Assembly: GCA_021372355.1 (NCBI GenBank) | Contig: JAJFUQ010000066.1 | Coordinates: 962 to 64,961 of the forward strand | Origin: Nocardiaceae bacterium | GTDB lineage: Bacteria > Actinomycetota > Actinomycetes > Mycobacteriales > Mycobacteriaceae | Direction: 5' to 3' | DNA length: 64,000 nt | Part shown: piece by piece, positions 39,336 through 47,786 of the stretch | How positions within the stretch are numbered: position 1 is the stretch's first letter | How the letters are laid out: each line of letters begins with the position of its first letter | Made by a program: the position numbers and the translations under genes | The notes under the pieces: model-generated | What the model saw: the letters and a program-made list of their open reading frames with translations, nothing else | The model's database searches: none | What the model was told of the DNA's origin: nothing

Positions 39336-41000
39336 TTGGGGACGACTGGCAAGGCAACAATCGAGGGGGCTGTTCTGTCTATCGCTGAGGCCTCCGCTGC
39401 AAGGTCGGCGCAGACCCTTGCCCTCGCGACGCTGGCGAGTCGGGGGACTGGATTTCTTCGCGTGGTGGCGACCGGCGCGACCCTGGGTACTGCGTTGGCT
39501 TCTGCGTTTGGGGTGGCGAACTCGCTTCCGAACATGGTGACCGAAGTCGTGCTCGGTTCTGTTTTGTCGGCATTGGTAGTGCCGGTCCTGGTGCGAGCGG
39601 AGGCGGAGGACGCCGACGGCGGTGTGATGTTCGCTCGTCGCCTGCTCGGCGTATGTCTGGCGATTCTGTCCGTCGCCACCGTATGCGCAATTGTTGCTGC
39701 ACCGGTGCTCGTGGCGATCAATCTCGGTGGCGGTGAGGTGAATACTTCTGCGGCCGTCGCGTTCGCGTACCTGTTGTTGCCGCAGATCCTGTTTTACGGA
39801 TTGTCGTCTCTGCTCATTGCGCAGCTGAACACGGTGGGACGATTCGCCGCCGGCGGCTGGGCGCCGGTGGCGAACAATATGCTCGTTCTTGGCGTCTTCG
39901 CGGCCTACTGGACCGTGCCTGGCCGGTTGGATGAGAATGCCGAAATCTCGCTCACCGATCCTCATGTGCTGCTCTTGGGCTTTGGCACTACCGCGGGTGT
40001 GGCGATCCAGGCACTGATGCTGATCGCGGCAGCCAAACGTGCCGGTTTACCGTTGCGGCCTGCCTGGGGCCTCGACCCGCGATTGCGTTCGATGGGGTCG
40101 ATGGGGTGCGCCATCGTCCTCTACGTCGCGATCGGGCAGGCGGGACTGGTCGTCTCGAATCTTCTCGGGGCTCACAGTGATGCCCGTGCCCCCTGGTTTT
40201 ACCAGCAGGTGTGGATGTTGATCCAGGTGCCGTACGGTGTTCTCGGCGTCGCCGTCATCGCTGCGATGACGCCGCGCATCGCGAGGAGTGCCGCGACTCA
40301 GGATCACGACGCGGTGCGTTCAGACCTCGCGACTTCGACGTCATCGACCGTCCTGATCCTGATGCCCATTGCCGTGCTCATGACCGTATTCTCTGGCGAC
40401 ATCGCTATTGGGTTCTTCGCCTACGGTCAGACCTCCGATGCGGACGCATTCCTGCTCGGACGAGCCCTCGCGGCGTCGGCCTTCACACTGATTCCTTACG
40501 CCATCGTCCTGATTCAGCTCCGCGTGTTCTATGCCTACCAAAGGCCCTGGACACCAACCCTTATCGCGGTGGCGATCACCGTGTCCAAGGTCGCGTTCTC
40601 GCTCATCGCCGTGCTTCTGATCACCGATCCAGATCTCGTCGTTGCGGGCCTGACTGCGGCAAATGGAGCCAGCTTCCTCGTCGGCGCGGGGGTCGGGACG
40701 TTGCTGCTTCGTCGTCAGCTGGGCCACCTTGGCGGTAGACGGCTGATCGTAGTCGGCGTGTGGTCGCTCGGTGTCTCCGCCTTCGCCGTACTGTGCGCGG
40801 GAGTGCTGCATGACATCGTCCTCGCACGTTGGATTCCGAGCTCGTGGGGCAGCCTTGGCGTCGTCGCAGGAGTGCTGATTGCGAGCGCCGTCGCCCTGAT
40901 ACTCGGCATCTTTGTCGCGTGTGCGACTCCGCTACGGAACGATCCATTTGTCAGGCGTCTGTTGGCAAGTGCGCCGTACTCGAAAGGCTCCGTGGGCTGA
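39336..41000 (+). CDS. murJ: MurJ/MviN-family lipid II flippase paralog (membrane domain only)
   Basis: ATLASRGTGFLR, AFGVANSLPN, LVVPVLVRA, LLPQILFYG, APVANN, PYGVLGV and LRVFYA. Start uncertain. Confidence 0.85.
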   Translation: MGTTGKATIEGAVLSIAEASAARSAQTLALATLASRGTGFLRVVATGATLGTALASAFGVANSLPNMVTEVVLGSVLSALVVPVLVRAEAEDADGGVMFARRLLGVCLAILSVATVCAIVAAPVLVAINLGGGEVNTSAAVAFAYLLLPQILFYGLSSLLIAQLNTVGRFAAGGWAPVANNMLVLGVFAAYWTVPGRLDENAEISLTDPHVLLLGFGTTAGVAIQALMLIAAAKRAGLPLRPAWGLDPRLRSMGSMGCAIVLYVAIGQAGLVVSNLLGAHSDARAPWFYQQVWMLIQVPYGVLGVAVIAAMTPRIARSAATQDHDAVRSDLATSTSSTVLILMPIAVLMTVFSGDIAIGFFAYGQTSDADAFLLGRALAASAFTLIPYAIVLIQLRVFYAYQRPWTPTLIAVAITVSKVAFSLIAVLLITDPDLVVAGLTAANGASFLVGAGVGTLLLRRQLGHLGGRRLIVVGVWSLGVSAFAVLCAGVLHDIVLARWIPSSWGSLGVVAGVLIASAVALILGIFVACATPLRNDPFVRRLLASAPYSKGSVG

Positions 41001-41018
41001 ACCTGACGAGTGTCTCGT

Positions 41019-41738
41019 TCACGCGTCGCTTCGCAGCATCACTGACGTGAGCCCATTCGGCGTTGCGCCGAGTTGCTGGATTGGCGAACCACTGCGATCC
41101 CACACCCCGGAGCCGCCGGACGTTTGAGGAAACGCACCGCCGGCAGGACCCGCGCAGGCAGCGAAGGCAACCGGAATCCCATACGTTCGGGCGATTCTGT
41201 GGGCGCGGTCGTGGAGTTCGTTGAATTCCCTGGGGGCGTGAACAAGACCAGCGACGTAGAGGTCGAGGCCGAGTGAAGCTGTCTGGTCGAGATGTTCGGC
41301 AATCCGGGTGTCCTTGCAGACGCCGATCCCGACTCGCCAGCCATCGATTTCGACCATCCCGGGAGCCGTGCCCCGCGTGAAGTGGTTCGGCTCATCGCCG
41401 CCGAGCGACGCCTTGACGTAGGCGACCCGGATGGATTGCGACGTGACAGCTAGCACGCCGATTCCGATGCCGCCGCTGTCGACAGCGACTGGAGCGCCAA
41501 CCAGCGCGACAGAATCCGCTGTTCGGCACGCTTCCATGAGTGGTGTGAGTCGATCGTCCTCGACGTCGATGGGTCGGACATTCATCGAGTAGCCGGTGAG
41601 CGACATCTCCGGGAAGACGATAAGTCGACTGTGCGCGCGGCGGATCGACGCTTCATGGGAAGCGACATTGCTGGCGATGTTGCCGAGTGAGGACTCCGGT
41701 TGCGCAACCGCGACGGTTAAGCGGTCGACCTGGTCCAT
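41019..41738 (-). CDS. Carbon-nitrogen hydrolase (nitrilase superfamily)
   Basis: Catalytic triad segments FPEMSLTGY (E), YVKASL (K) and GVCKD (C), plus GGSGVW. Confidence 0.88.
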   Translation of the reverse strand: MDQVDRLTVAVAQPESSLGNIASNVASHEASIRRAHSRLIVFPEMSLTGYSMNVRPIDVEDDRLTPLMEACRTADSVALVGAPVAVDSGGIGIGVLAVTSQSIRVAYVKASLGGDEPNHFTRGTAPGMVEIDGWRVGIGVCKDTRIAEHLDQTASLGLDLYVAGLVHAPREFNELHDRAHRIARTYGIPVAFAACAGPAGGAFPQTSGGSGVWDRSGSPIQQLGATPNGLTSVMLRSDA

Positions 41739-41768
41739 GGCTGAAATCTAACGTGACGTGTCGGGCGA

Positions 41769-42497
41769 ATGGTCGACACCTCCGACGCGTTGCTTCGTCG
41801 TACGCTCCCGCGGGGGGAGCTGATGGCGGATATGGAATGGCGCGTCAAGACACGGTGGCGTTTTCTCGGCTTCGGAGCGGCGGCGGCTGTCGTGGTCGCA
41901 GGTGTTTTTGTGGTTTCGGCTCCGGCCGACGTCTCAGCGCTCAGGCGTGTCGGTCTAGCCCTTTACGTCGGTGCTGTGTGCGCGCTCCTGTGCGGGATAA
42001 CCATTCGTGCCGCGCGCTCGAAGGTGGCGGTTCGTGACGGCCTGGTGACGCACCAAAGCTTTTTGGCCAATGCCCGGTTCCCCGCACAAGAAGCGGCTGA
42101 GGTGATCACCTATCAGTTGCCTGACCACTGGTGGTATCCCGAGGGCGGTGCGCCTCCGAGGCTTACGGCGATTGTCGGCCACGATGGCCGCGCACTGATT
42201 CGGCTGTGGCGCGATCGGTATCCACCAGAACTGACAAACGACTTGTCAACCGTATTGAAGATTCCGGTGCGGGAGCTGGGGGTGGTGCGAGAAACCGAGC
42301 TCAACCGGGAGTTTCCGGGGCTGATTCCGTTCTTCCAGATGCTCTCGGCTCGGGCTACAAGCCACTTCTTTGTGCTGCTGCCCATGAATCTAGTTGTCGT
42401 CCTCGGATCGATGGCGGCGATAGCCGTTGGATTTCTGTGGATTGCGGGAATCCCGTGGTACCGCGACGGATCTTTTTGCTCCACAGACCCTCGGTGA
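41769..42497 (+). CDS. Hypothetical membrane protein (2+1 TM, PH-like middle region)
   Basis: Two N-terminal hydrophobic helices, a soluble region and a C-terminal TM helix. Start may be 41823 or 41832. Confidence 0.55.
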   Translation: MVDTSDALLRRTLPRGELMADMEWRVKTRWRFLGFGAAAAVVVAGVFVVSAPADVSALRRVGLALYVGAVCALLCGITIRAARSKVAVRDGLVTHQSFLANARFPAQEAAEVITYQLPDHWWYPEGGAPPRLTAIVGHDGRALIRLWRDRYPPELTNDLSTVLKIPVRELGVVRETELNREFPGLIPFFQMLSARATSHFFVLLPMNLVVVLGSMAAIAVGFLWIAGIPWYRDGSFCSTDPR

Positions 42498-42614
42498 CGA
42501 TGGGGAGCCGATTTGGGCGTCGGTGTCCGGATGGGCGCGCAAATTGCGCAGCCACGCCGGATTCTTCGGGTAGCGCCTAAGGCCAAGCAGTACGTGTCCC
42601 GTACCGAGAGTGCG

Positions 42615-44207
42615 CTAGTCCGCTTCCATCAGACCGGTCAATCGCCGCACGAGCTTGCTGCGTGGCCACTTCAGCCGCGAAGAGTGCAGGAGCGCCGCAG
42701 CAGCAGCGTTGTGTCCGCATGCACCGTGCACACCACCGCCCGGATGTGCCGACGAACTGGCCAGATATAGCCGCTCGATCGGCGTCTCCGGTCGACCGAG
42801 TCCAGGAATCGGCCGGAAGACGAGTTGCTGATGGAGTTGGGAGGTGCCGCCCCCGATGGCGCCGTTCACCAGGTTCGAATCAGCTGCTTCGAGACCCTTC
42901 GGGGTCTGAACCGCTCGTCCGATCACGACGTCGGTGAATCCGGGTGCATATGCCTCGAGCGTCTGATCGACTCGCTCGGCGAGCATGTGCGCGGACTCGT
43001 CATCGTTCACGCCGCTCGGCAAATGCGTATACGCCCAAGCGCTTTCGGTTCCCGCCGGCGATCGTGTCGGATCTGCGGTCGTCATCTGGCCGAAAAGGAT
43101 GAATGGGCGCTCGGGTATGACACCGGTAGTGAGGTCACAGTTCCACCGAATCAGACCCTTTTCGTCGGCGCCGAGATGCACTGTGCCCGCGTCGGCCAGC
43201 TGGTTCGCGCGCCACGGCACGCCTTCCCTCAGCGCATAGTTGATCTTGACTACCGGGTTGTCCCACTCGAACTTGTCGAGATCGCTTCGCACCTGCTCGG
43301 GAAGCGTTGCCGGTTCGAGCAGTTCGCGGTAGAGAGCCGGCGCCGTGACGTCGGCGACGACGGCCCGTCGCGCGTTGATCTCGAGCCCTGACTCGGTCGT
43401 CACTCCGGTGGCGTGACCCATACCGGTCCTGACTGTGGTGACGCGCTGGCCCTTGCGAATCTGAACACCCGCACTTCTCGCACGTGCGACCAGTGCGCTG
43501 GTCAAAGCTGCGGCGCCGCCGAGGGGAACGGGGAATCCCTTCTCCTGTCCGAGCATGGCAAGCAGGTATCCCATGAAGCCGCTGCCCGTCGAGGTCAGCG
43601 GGATGTCCGCATGCGTGGCGTTGCCCATCAGGAGCAGTCGGGCTTGCTCGCTCTGGAACAGTTCGTGGCCCATGCGATGTGCCGACAGGCTCAGGAATCG
43701 AGCGAGTCGAATTGCACCTTCGGTCCCGACCGAGCGGAAAAGCGACGTCGCAGCACGAATTGGCGGAAATGGTCCGAGGAGTGCATCAAGGAGCGGCTTT
43801 CGCAGGCCCTCCCACTGATCGCACAGTCTCAGCCAGGCATCGCCATCCCGCGGATTGAATTCACGCAACAGCGCGGCGGTGGCGTCGCGGTCCGGGTGAA
43901 TCACCGCCGGATTCGAGTCGTCCGGTGAACAGGGATGCGCCAGAACGGTCGGGGCGTATGACCACTTGAGACCGTGGCTCGCCAAGTCGAGCGCGCTCAG
44001 CACAGGGGAGGCGGCGCCGAGCGGATAAAAGGCACTGAACAGGTCACTGACGAAGCCAGGGAACAATTCTGCCGACCGCACGGCTCCGCCTGGCTCAGTC
44101 TGCTCTTCGAGAACCAGCACGTCCCATCCGGCGTCCGCGAGGGTTATCGCGGCAACCAGGCCGTTGACTCCAGCACCGATGACGACCGCATCGACGTTTT
44201 CCGTCAT
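42615..44207 (-). CDS. Phytoene dehydrogenase-like NAD(P)/FAD oxidoreductase
   Basis: DAVVIGAGVNGLVAA, GGAVRS, DLFSAFYPL and LYLASSSAHPGGGVHGACG. True start at ATG 44207 (ATGA overlap), inside the longer track ORF. Confidence 0.88.
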   Translation of the reverse strand: MTENVDAVVIGAGVNGLVAAITLADAGWDVLVLEEQTEPGGAVRSAELFPGFVSDLFSAFYPLGAASPVLSALDLASHGLKWSYAPTVLAHPCSPDDSNPAVIHPDRDATAALLREFNPRDGDAWLRLCDQWEGLRKPLLDALLGPFPPIRAATSLFRSVGTEGAIRLARFLSLSAHRMGHELFQSEQARLLLMGNATHADIPLTSTGSGFMGYLLAMLGQEKGFPVPLGGAAALTSALVARARSAGVQIRKGQRVTTVRTGMGHATGVTTESGLEINARRAVVADVTAPALYRELLEPATLPEQVRSDLDKFEWDNPVVKINYALREGVPWRANQLADAGTVHLGADEKGLIRWNCDLTTGVIPERPFILFGQMTTADPTRSPAGTESAWAYTHLPSGVNDDESAHMLAERVDQTLEAYAPGFTDVVIGRAVQTPKGLEAADSNLVNGAIGGGTSQLHQQLVFRPIPGLGRPETPIERLYLASSSAHPGGGVHGACGHNAAAAALLHSSRLKWPRSKLVRRLTGLMEAD

Positions 44208-44644
44208 ACCGATGTCGTCGATCGCTCGGCGAGGAGGGCGAGCCGACGCAGGCATTCCTCGTTGCGTGGCGCACCCACCTTGGCCTGCACGACGCCGGGC
44301 ACCTTGCTCATCAGTTTCGAGACTGCGCGCTCGGACATCTCGATCCGACAGCCCCGAGTCAGTTCGATCAGACGAATCACGATCAACGCGCGACCGAGGG
44401 GCCATGCTCGCGCATGCAGTTTGAGCTCGCGTCCCGGATGCGCTTCGACGACCGACGTGAAGTCGTCGAGCATGAGGGGCCAGAGTCCGACCGAGTGGTG
44501 CAGTTGCGCGCCTACTTCGGGCCAGTTGTCGTCGACGGCCCGTATTCGCGCGGCACCGACGACCCAACTTCCGAAGCTCCATCCGTCGGCGAGCACCGAC
44601 CACACTTCGTCACACGACGCCGTCGTCTCCCACGAAACATCCAT
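44204..44644 (-). CDS. SRPBCC (polyketide cyclase/START-like) family protein
   Basis: VWSVLADGWSFGSWVVGAARIRAVD..WP, HHSVG.WP and RNEECLRRLA. It is the C-terminal part of track ORF 44204-45247. Confidence 0.85.
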   Translation of the reverse strand: MDVSWETTASCDEVWSVLADGWSFGSWVVGAARIRAVDDNWPEVGAQLHHSVGLWPLMLDDFTSVVEAHPGRELKLHARAWPLGRALIVIRLIELTRGCRIEMSERAVSKLMSKVPGVVQAKVGAPRNEECLRRLALLAERSTTSV

Positions 44645-44694
44645 CGCGCTCTCCCCTGACGCGGCGGTTCGGCAAACCGCCTGGTCATCGGCGA

Positions 44695-44719
44695 ATACCC
44701 GGTGAAGGGCAGGCAAAAC
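44695..44719 (-). promoter_or_regulatory. SigF/SigB-type promoter
   Basis: The minus strand reads GTTT-N15-GGGTAT, about 50 nt upstream of the SRPBCC start. Matches the mycobacterial SigF consensus GTTT-N15-17-GGGTA. Confidence 0.65.
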
Positions 44720-44751
44720 GACCGGCGCGACTTGGTGCCGATCGCCCGGAG

Positions 44752-46653
44752 CTACTCGTCTGGATCGGTCGCCTTCGGCTTCGCCGGCTGGTTGAGGATC
44801 TGCTTGGCGCGTCCGAGGAGACCCAGGGCCTTTTCCCGAGCCTCGTTCATGGCCTCGGCGAGAACGGCCGCGCTCTCGCGAGCCGTCGTTGTCAGCTTGA
44901 TCGCCGCGTTGTCGAACCCGTGGGCGACGCCTTCGTTGGTGAGCGCACCCTCGAGCAACGCATGCGCGAACGAGAAGTTCTGCAGCGCTTTGGATTCGGC
45001 GATCTGTTCGACGGCTGCCTGGATGAGCTTGCCCTGCACGGTCACCTCGACCGGGACGCCGTCCTCGGTGGCTCGATCGTGGATACCGGACAGGATGGCG
45101 AAGCCGGTCTTCCAGTCTTCCGGGCTCTCCGCCGAACTCAGGATCGCGTGGTAGACGCCGTCGAGGTTGAGGAGCGAGGCACCATCGGCGAGGCCCTTGA
45201 GGACCGGAGCCGGAAGGTTGTCGGCGAGCTTGAGGACCTGACGCCACACCGCCTGCTGACTCGCGGCATCGAGCGCAGTACCGAGGAAGTCCTCCTCGTA
45301 CACGCTGTCGCTGATGATCTCGACGGCCAGCCGCCGGGCGGCAGCGGGCATCGCTGACGCGATGGAGAGCATCTCCGAGAAACGCCCGTGATCGTTGGCA
45401 CTGACCATCGCCGACATGAGGGAATCACGGTCGAACCCGGCGGTTGCGCTGGTGAAATGCGCACGCGCCTCGGGTGTCATGAGCGCGACGAGCGGAAGAA
45501 GGTTCGCCCATTGCTTGCGTTCGAGGACGTCGCGCGCGAGCTCGTCAAGTGCCTCCGGTGACAGCGCGCTGATCTCGTCGGCGATGAGCTGGCGCACCTC
45601 GTCGGTCACCAGATTCACCAGCGGCAGCACGTTCGGGATGAGGTTGTGGCCGCCCACCGCGTCGCTGATGACGATGCGCGCGGTCGAGGCATCGCGGAGG
45701 GTCGGCGACGCGGCGAGGGCGCGCAAAGACTCCTCCGGGAGGAGCGGAATGAGACTCGAGAGCGTCGACCATTGATCGGTCCGCACCGCACTTTCGGCGA
45801 TCGCGGCCATGACATCGTCGCGCCGCATGATGCGCAGATTCGCGATGCGCTCGAGGTTCTCCTCGGAGATCGCGGCTGTCATCGGGACAAAGAGGTCGAA
45901 CTGGTTCTGGACGTGAACCGCAGTGACGAGCGATTCGAGCAGGCCGTCACTCTGCTGTGCCGAGATGTTCGCGAGCCGTGCGCGATTCTCCGGGTTGACC
46001 TCGTTGAGCATGTCGAGAGCGATGGACCAGAGGTCTTTCTCGTTCGCCGTCTGAATCAGGCGGCCGAGACGCTCGTCGGTCACGAGGGGGATCAGTTCGT
46101 CGTACTGCGTCTTGTTCTCGGCGACCTCGGCGACGCGGATGAGCGCCTCGTCGGGAACGATCGGCATGATCGATTCCAGGAGATCCGGGGTGACGAAGTC
46201 GATGAACTGACCGAGGGTGATGTATTCCTCGCGCTCGATGAGCAGGGGCAGAACCTTTTTCGTGGTGGCGAAGTCGACCTTGGCGATCAACGGGCCGATG
46301 ACTCGCGGGTCCGAGTACGGCGCAACGTCCGCGATGAACTCGGGAGACAACTTCCCGATGATCTTGAGCGACTTCTGCTCGCCGAGTAACGACACGAAGG
46401 CCGCGCACATTTCCGGTGCGAAGTACGCGGGTCCGAGCTTGGCGATCAGCGGAATCGGGATGATGTTCGCCAGCGGCTCGAGATGTGCGAATCGCTCGTG
46501 CGTGTACTCGGCGATGACGTCGGTGAGAACAAGGCGGAACTCGCGAATCGCAGGCCAGCCCACGGGGGCGAGGAACTGCAGGTCCGACGGGTCGCACTGC
46601 AGCGTCCGTCCGAGTTTGACCAACTCGGCCTGCAGGTCGACGACCTCGGTCAC
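44752..46653 (-). CDS. Hypothetical 633-aa helical protein with seven ~43-aa tandem repeats
   Basis: High-GC-type codon usage and a GTGA overlap with the upstream gene. Repeat-initial aromatic/aliphatic residues are spaced 43, 43, 44, 43, 43, 45 and 44 aa apart. Confidence 0.8.
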   Translation of the reverse strand: MTEVVDLQAELVKLGRTLQCDPSDLQFLAPVGWPAIREFRLVLTDVIAEYTHERFAHLEPLANIIPIPLIAKLGPAYFAPEMCAAFVSLLGEQKSLKIIGKLSPEFIADVAPYSDPRVIGPLIAKVDFATTKKVLPLLIEREEYITLGQFIDFVTPDLLESIMPIVPDEALIRVAEVAENKTQYDELIPLVTDERLGRLIQTANEKDLWSIALDMLNEVNPENRARLANISAQQSDGLLESLVTAVHVQNQFDLFVPMTAAISEENLERIANLRIMRRDDVMAAIAESAVRTDQWSTLSSLIPLLPEESLRALAASPTLRDASTARIVISDAVGGHNLIPNVLPLVNLVTDEVRQLIADEISALSPEALDELARDVLERKQWANLLPLVALMTPEARAHFTSATAGFDRDSLMSAMVSANDHGRFSEMLSIASAMPAAARRLAVEIISDSVYEEDFLGTALDAASQQAVWRQVLKLADNLPAPVLKGLADGASLLNLDGVYHAILSSAESPEDWKTGFAILSGIHDRATEDGVPVEVTVQGKLIQAAVEQIAESKALQNFSFAHALLEGALTNEGVAHGFDNAAIKLTTTARESAAVLAEAMNEAREKALGLLGRAKQILNQPAKPKATDPDE

Positions 46654-46871
46654 TTCTCTCCTCCGAGGATGGACCGAGCGGGGCCGCGCATAAGCACCGG
46701 CAGGCTGTTGACCGATTCCTCGGTGCTCTTCTCCAACGATTCAGCGGTGTTCGAGCGAATGCGGCGAACCGCATCGAGAAGCCATTCGAGATTGTCGTCA
46801 GACAGTTGCGTGAAGGCGGCCGGCAGGCGGCCACCGAGTTCGGCGGAGAGGGCAGCAGCGACGTCGCTCAA
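46650..46871 (-). CDS. Small 73-aa hypothetical protein coupled to the repeat protein
   Basis: GGAGAGGAG RBS, amphipathic helices, and a stop overlapping the downstream GTG. Confidence 0.75.
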   Translation of the reverse strand: MSDVAAALSAELGGRLPAAFTQLSDDNLEWLLDAVRRIRSNTAESLEKSTEESVNSLPVLMRGPARSILGGEK

Positions 46872-47048
46872 AGCCTGCTCCTCTCCATTGATTTCGCGGG
46901 TGCGGTGTTGGAGGTTAGTCGGGATTCGTACGTGTGTACAGCTATCGTTGCAGGCTCTTTATGCAGGTGGCAGTAGAAGTTGATCGAGAGCAGAATTGCA
47001 GTACGGAGATCTTTTGATCTTCCGCGCCAATGAAGTTGCATCGAGAAG

Positions 47049-47393
47049 GTGAGTCGGGTGACCGCGTTCTTGGTTGTCTCCATGCTCGGTTTGGCCGTGC
47101 TGGTGACATGTGAAATCGCTGCAAGGTTCCTCGCCGCAATGCGAGAATTCTGGGCCTTCAGCATGATCGCCGTCGGACTGTTTGTCGCGTGGTTCGCGCA
47201 TATGAACGTTTTCGGCGACCTGGGGTTTGCCATGCGGAGTGACTGGTGGGGCGTCACCGTCACAGGGTTCGTTCTCGGCGGTGCTGCGTACTTCTGGCAT
47301 GAGGTGCTCGGACTGTTCGCCGGACTGGGCCGCAAGTACTCCGACGAAGCGATGAGCTTCGAGAAGGAGCACGGACTGCGTCGCGTCGCGTAG
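47049..47393 (+). CDS. Small membrane protein of unknown function
   Basis: Three hydrophobic segments and a charged tail (RKYSDEA...LRRVA), followed by a terminator hairpin. Confidence 0.6.
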   Translation: MSRVTAFLVVSMLGLAVLVTCEIAARFLAAMREFWAFSMIAVGLFVAWFAHMNVFGDLGFAMRSDWWGVTVTGFVLGGAAYFWHEVLGLFAGLGRKYSDEAMSFEKEHGLRRVA

Positions 47394-47419
47394 CAGCGGA
47401 ATGGCGTAGAAACGGCACG

Positions 47420-47446
47420 GAGAGCCACCCGTTGCGGGTGGCTCTC
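47420..47446. terminator. Bidirectional terminator hairpin
   Basis: GAGAGCCACCC-gttgc-GGGTGGCTCTC between convergent genes. Confidence 0.7.
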
Positions 47447-47467
47447 GGTGTGTCGAACTACTGCGGG

Positions 47468-47638
47468 TTAGGGCTGGTGCCGGTGCAGCGCATCCTTGGC
47501 CTTCTGCACGCCCTGGTCGATCTTGTCGGAGTGTTCGCCGAACTTCTCCTTGGCCTTGTCGCCGGCCTTCTCGAGACCCTGCTCGACCTTGTCCTTGTTC
47601 GCGCTGAGCTTTTCTTTGGCCTTGTCAAAGAGTGACAT
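47468..47638 (-). CDS. Small MT0933/Rv0909-like ('antitoxin')/CsbD-like protein, 56 aa
   Basis: MSLFDKAKEKLSANKDKVEQGLEKAGD...HSDKIDQGVQKAKD, with a GAAAGGGAG RBS. Confidence 0.75.
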   Translation of the reverse strand: MSLFDKAKEKLSANKDKVEQGLEKAGDKAKEKFGEHSDKIDQGVQKAKDALHRHQP

Positions 47639-47680
47639 CAGTACTCCCTTTCGGTTGATCAGCGGGTACTTCCAGATGGC

Positions 47681-47706
47681 TACCCCGGGGTCTGCGACAG
47701 GCAAAC
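47681..47706 (-). promoter_or_regulatory. SigF/SigB-type promoter
   Basis: The minus strand reads GTTT-N17-GGGTAG, about 43 nt upstream of the small protein start. Confidence 0.6.
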
Positions 47707-47786
47707 ATCGACGTGGCTGCCGTCACATCCTTCCCACCGCGGCACGCCATGCGGAACTTGTCAGAGGGCAGTCATAAACTCGTCGA

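Noticed and set aside
42498-42614. Possible IS end or transposase remnant after the membrane protein
   Set aside because: Only a short GCGCAAATTGCGC palindrome is present, with no terminal repeats, target duplication or transposase-like translation.
42615-45247. Track ORFs 42615-44603 and 44204-45247 as long fusion proteins
   Set aside because: Their N-terminal extensions are low-complexity translations overlapping other genes. The real starts are 44207 and 44644, supported by the ATGA overlap, RBS and promoter.
46959-47372. 137-aa minus-strand ORF
   Set aside because: It lies antisense to the more plausible 3-TM protein, which has an RBS and a downstream terminator, and it has no recognisable motif.
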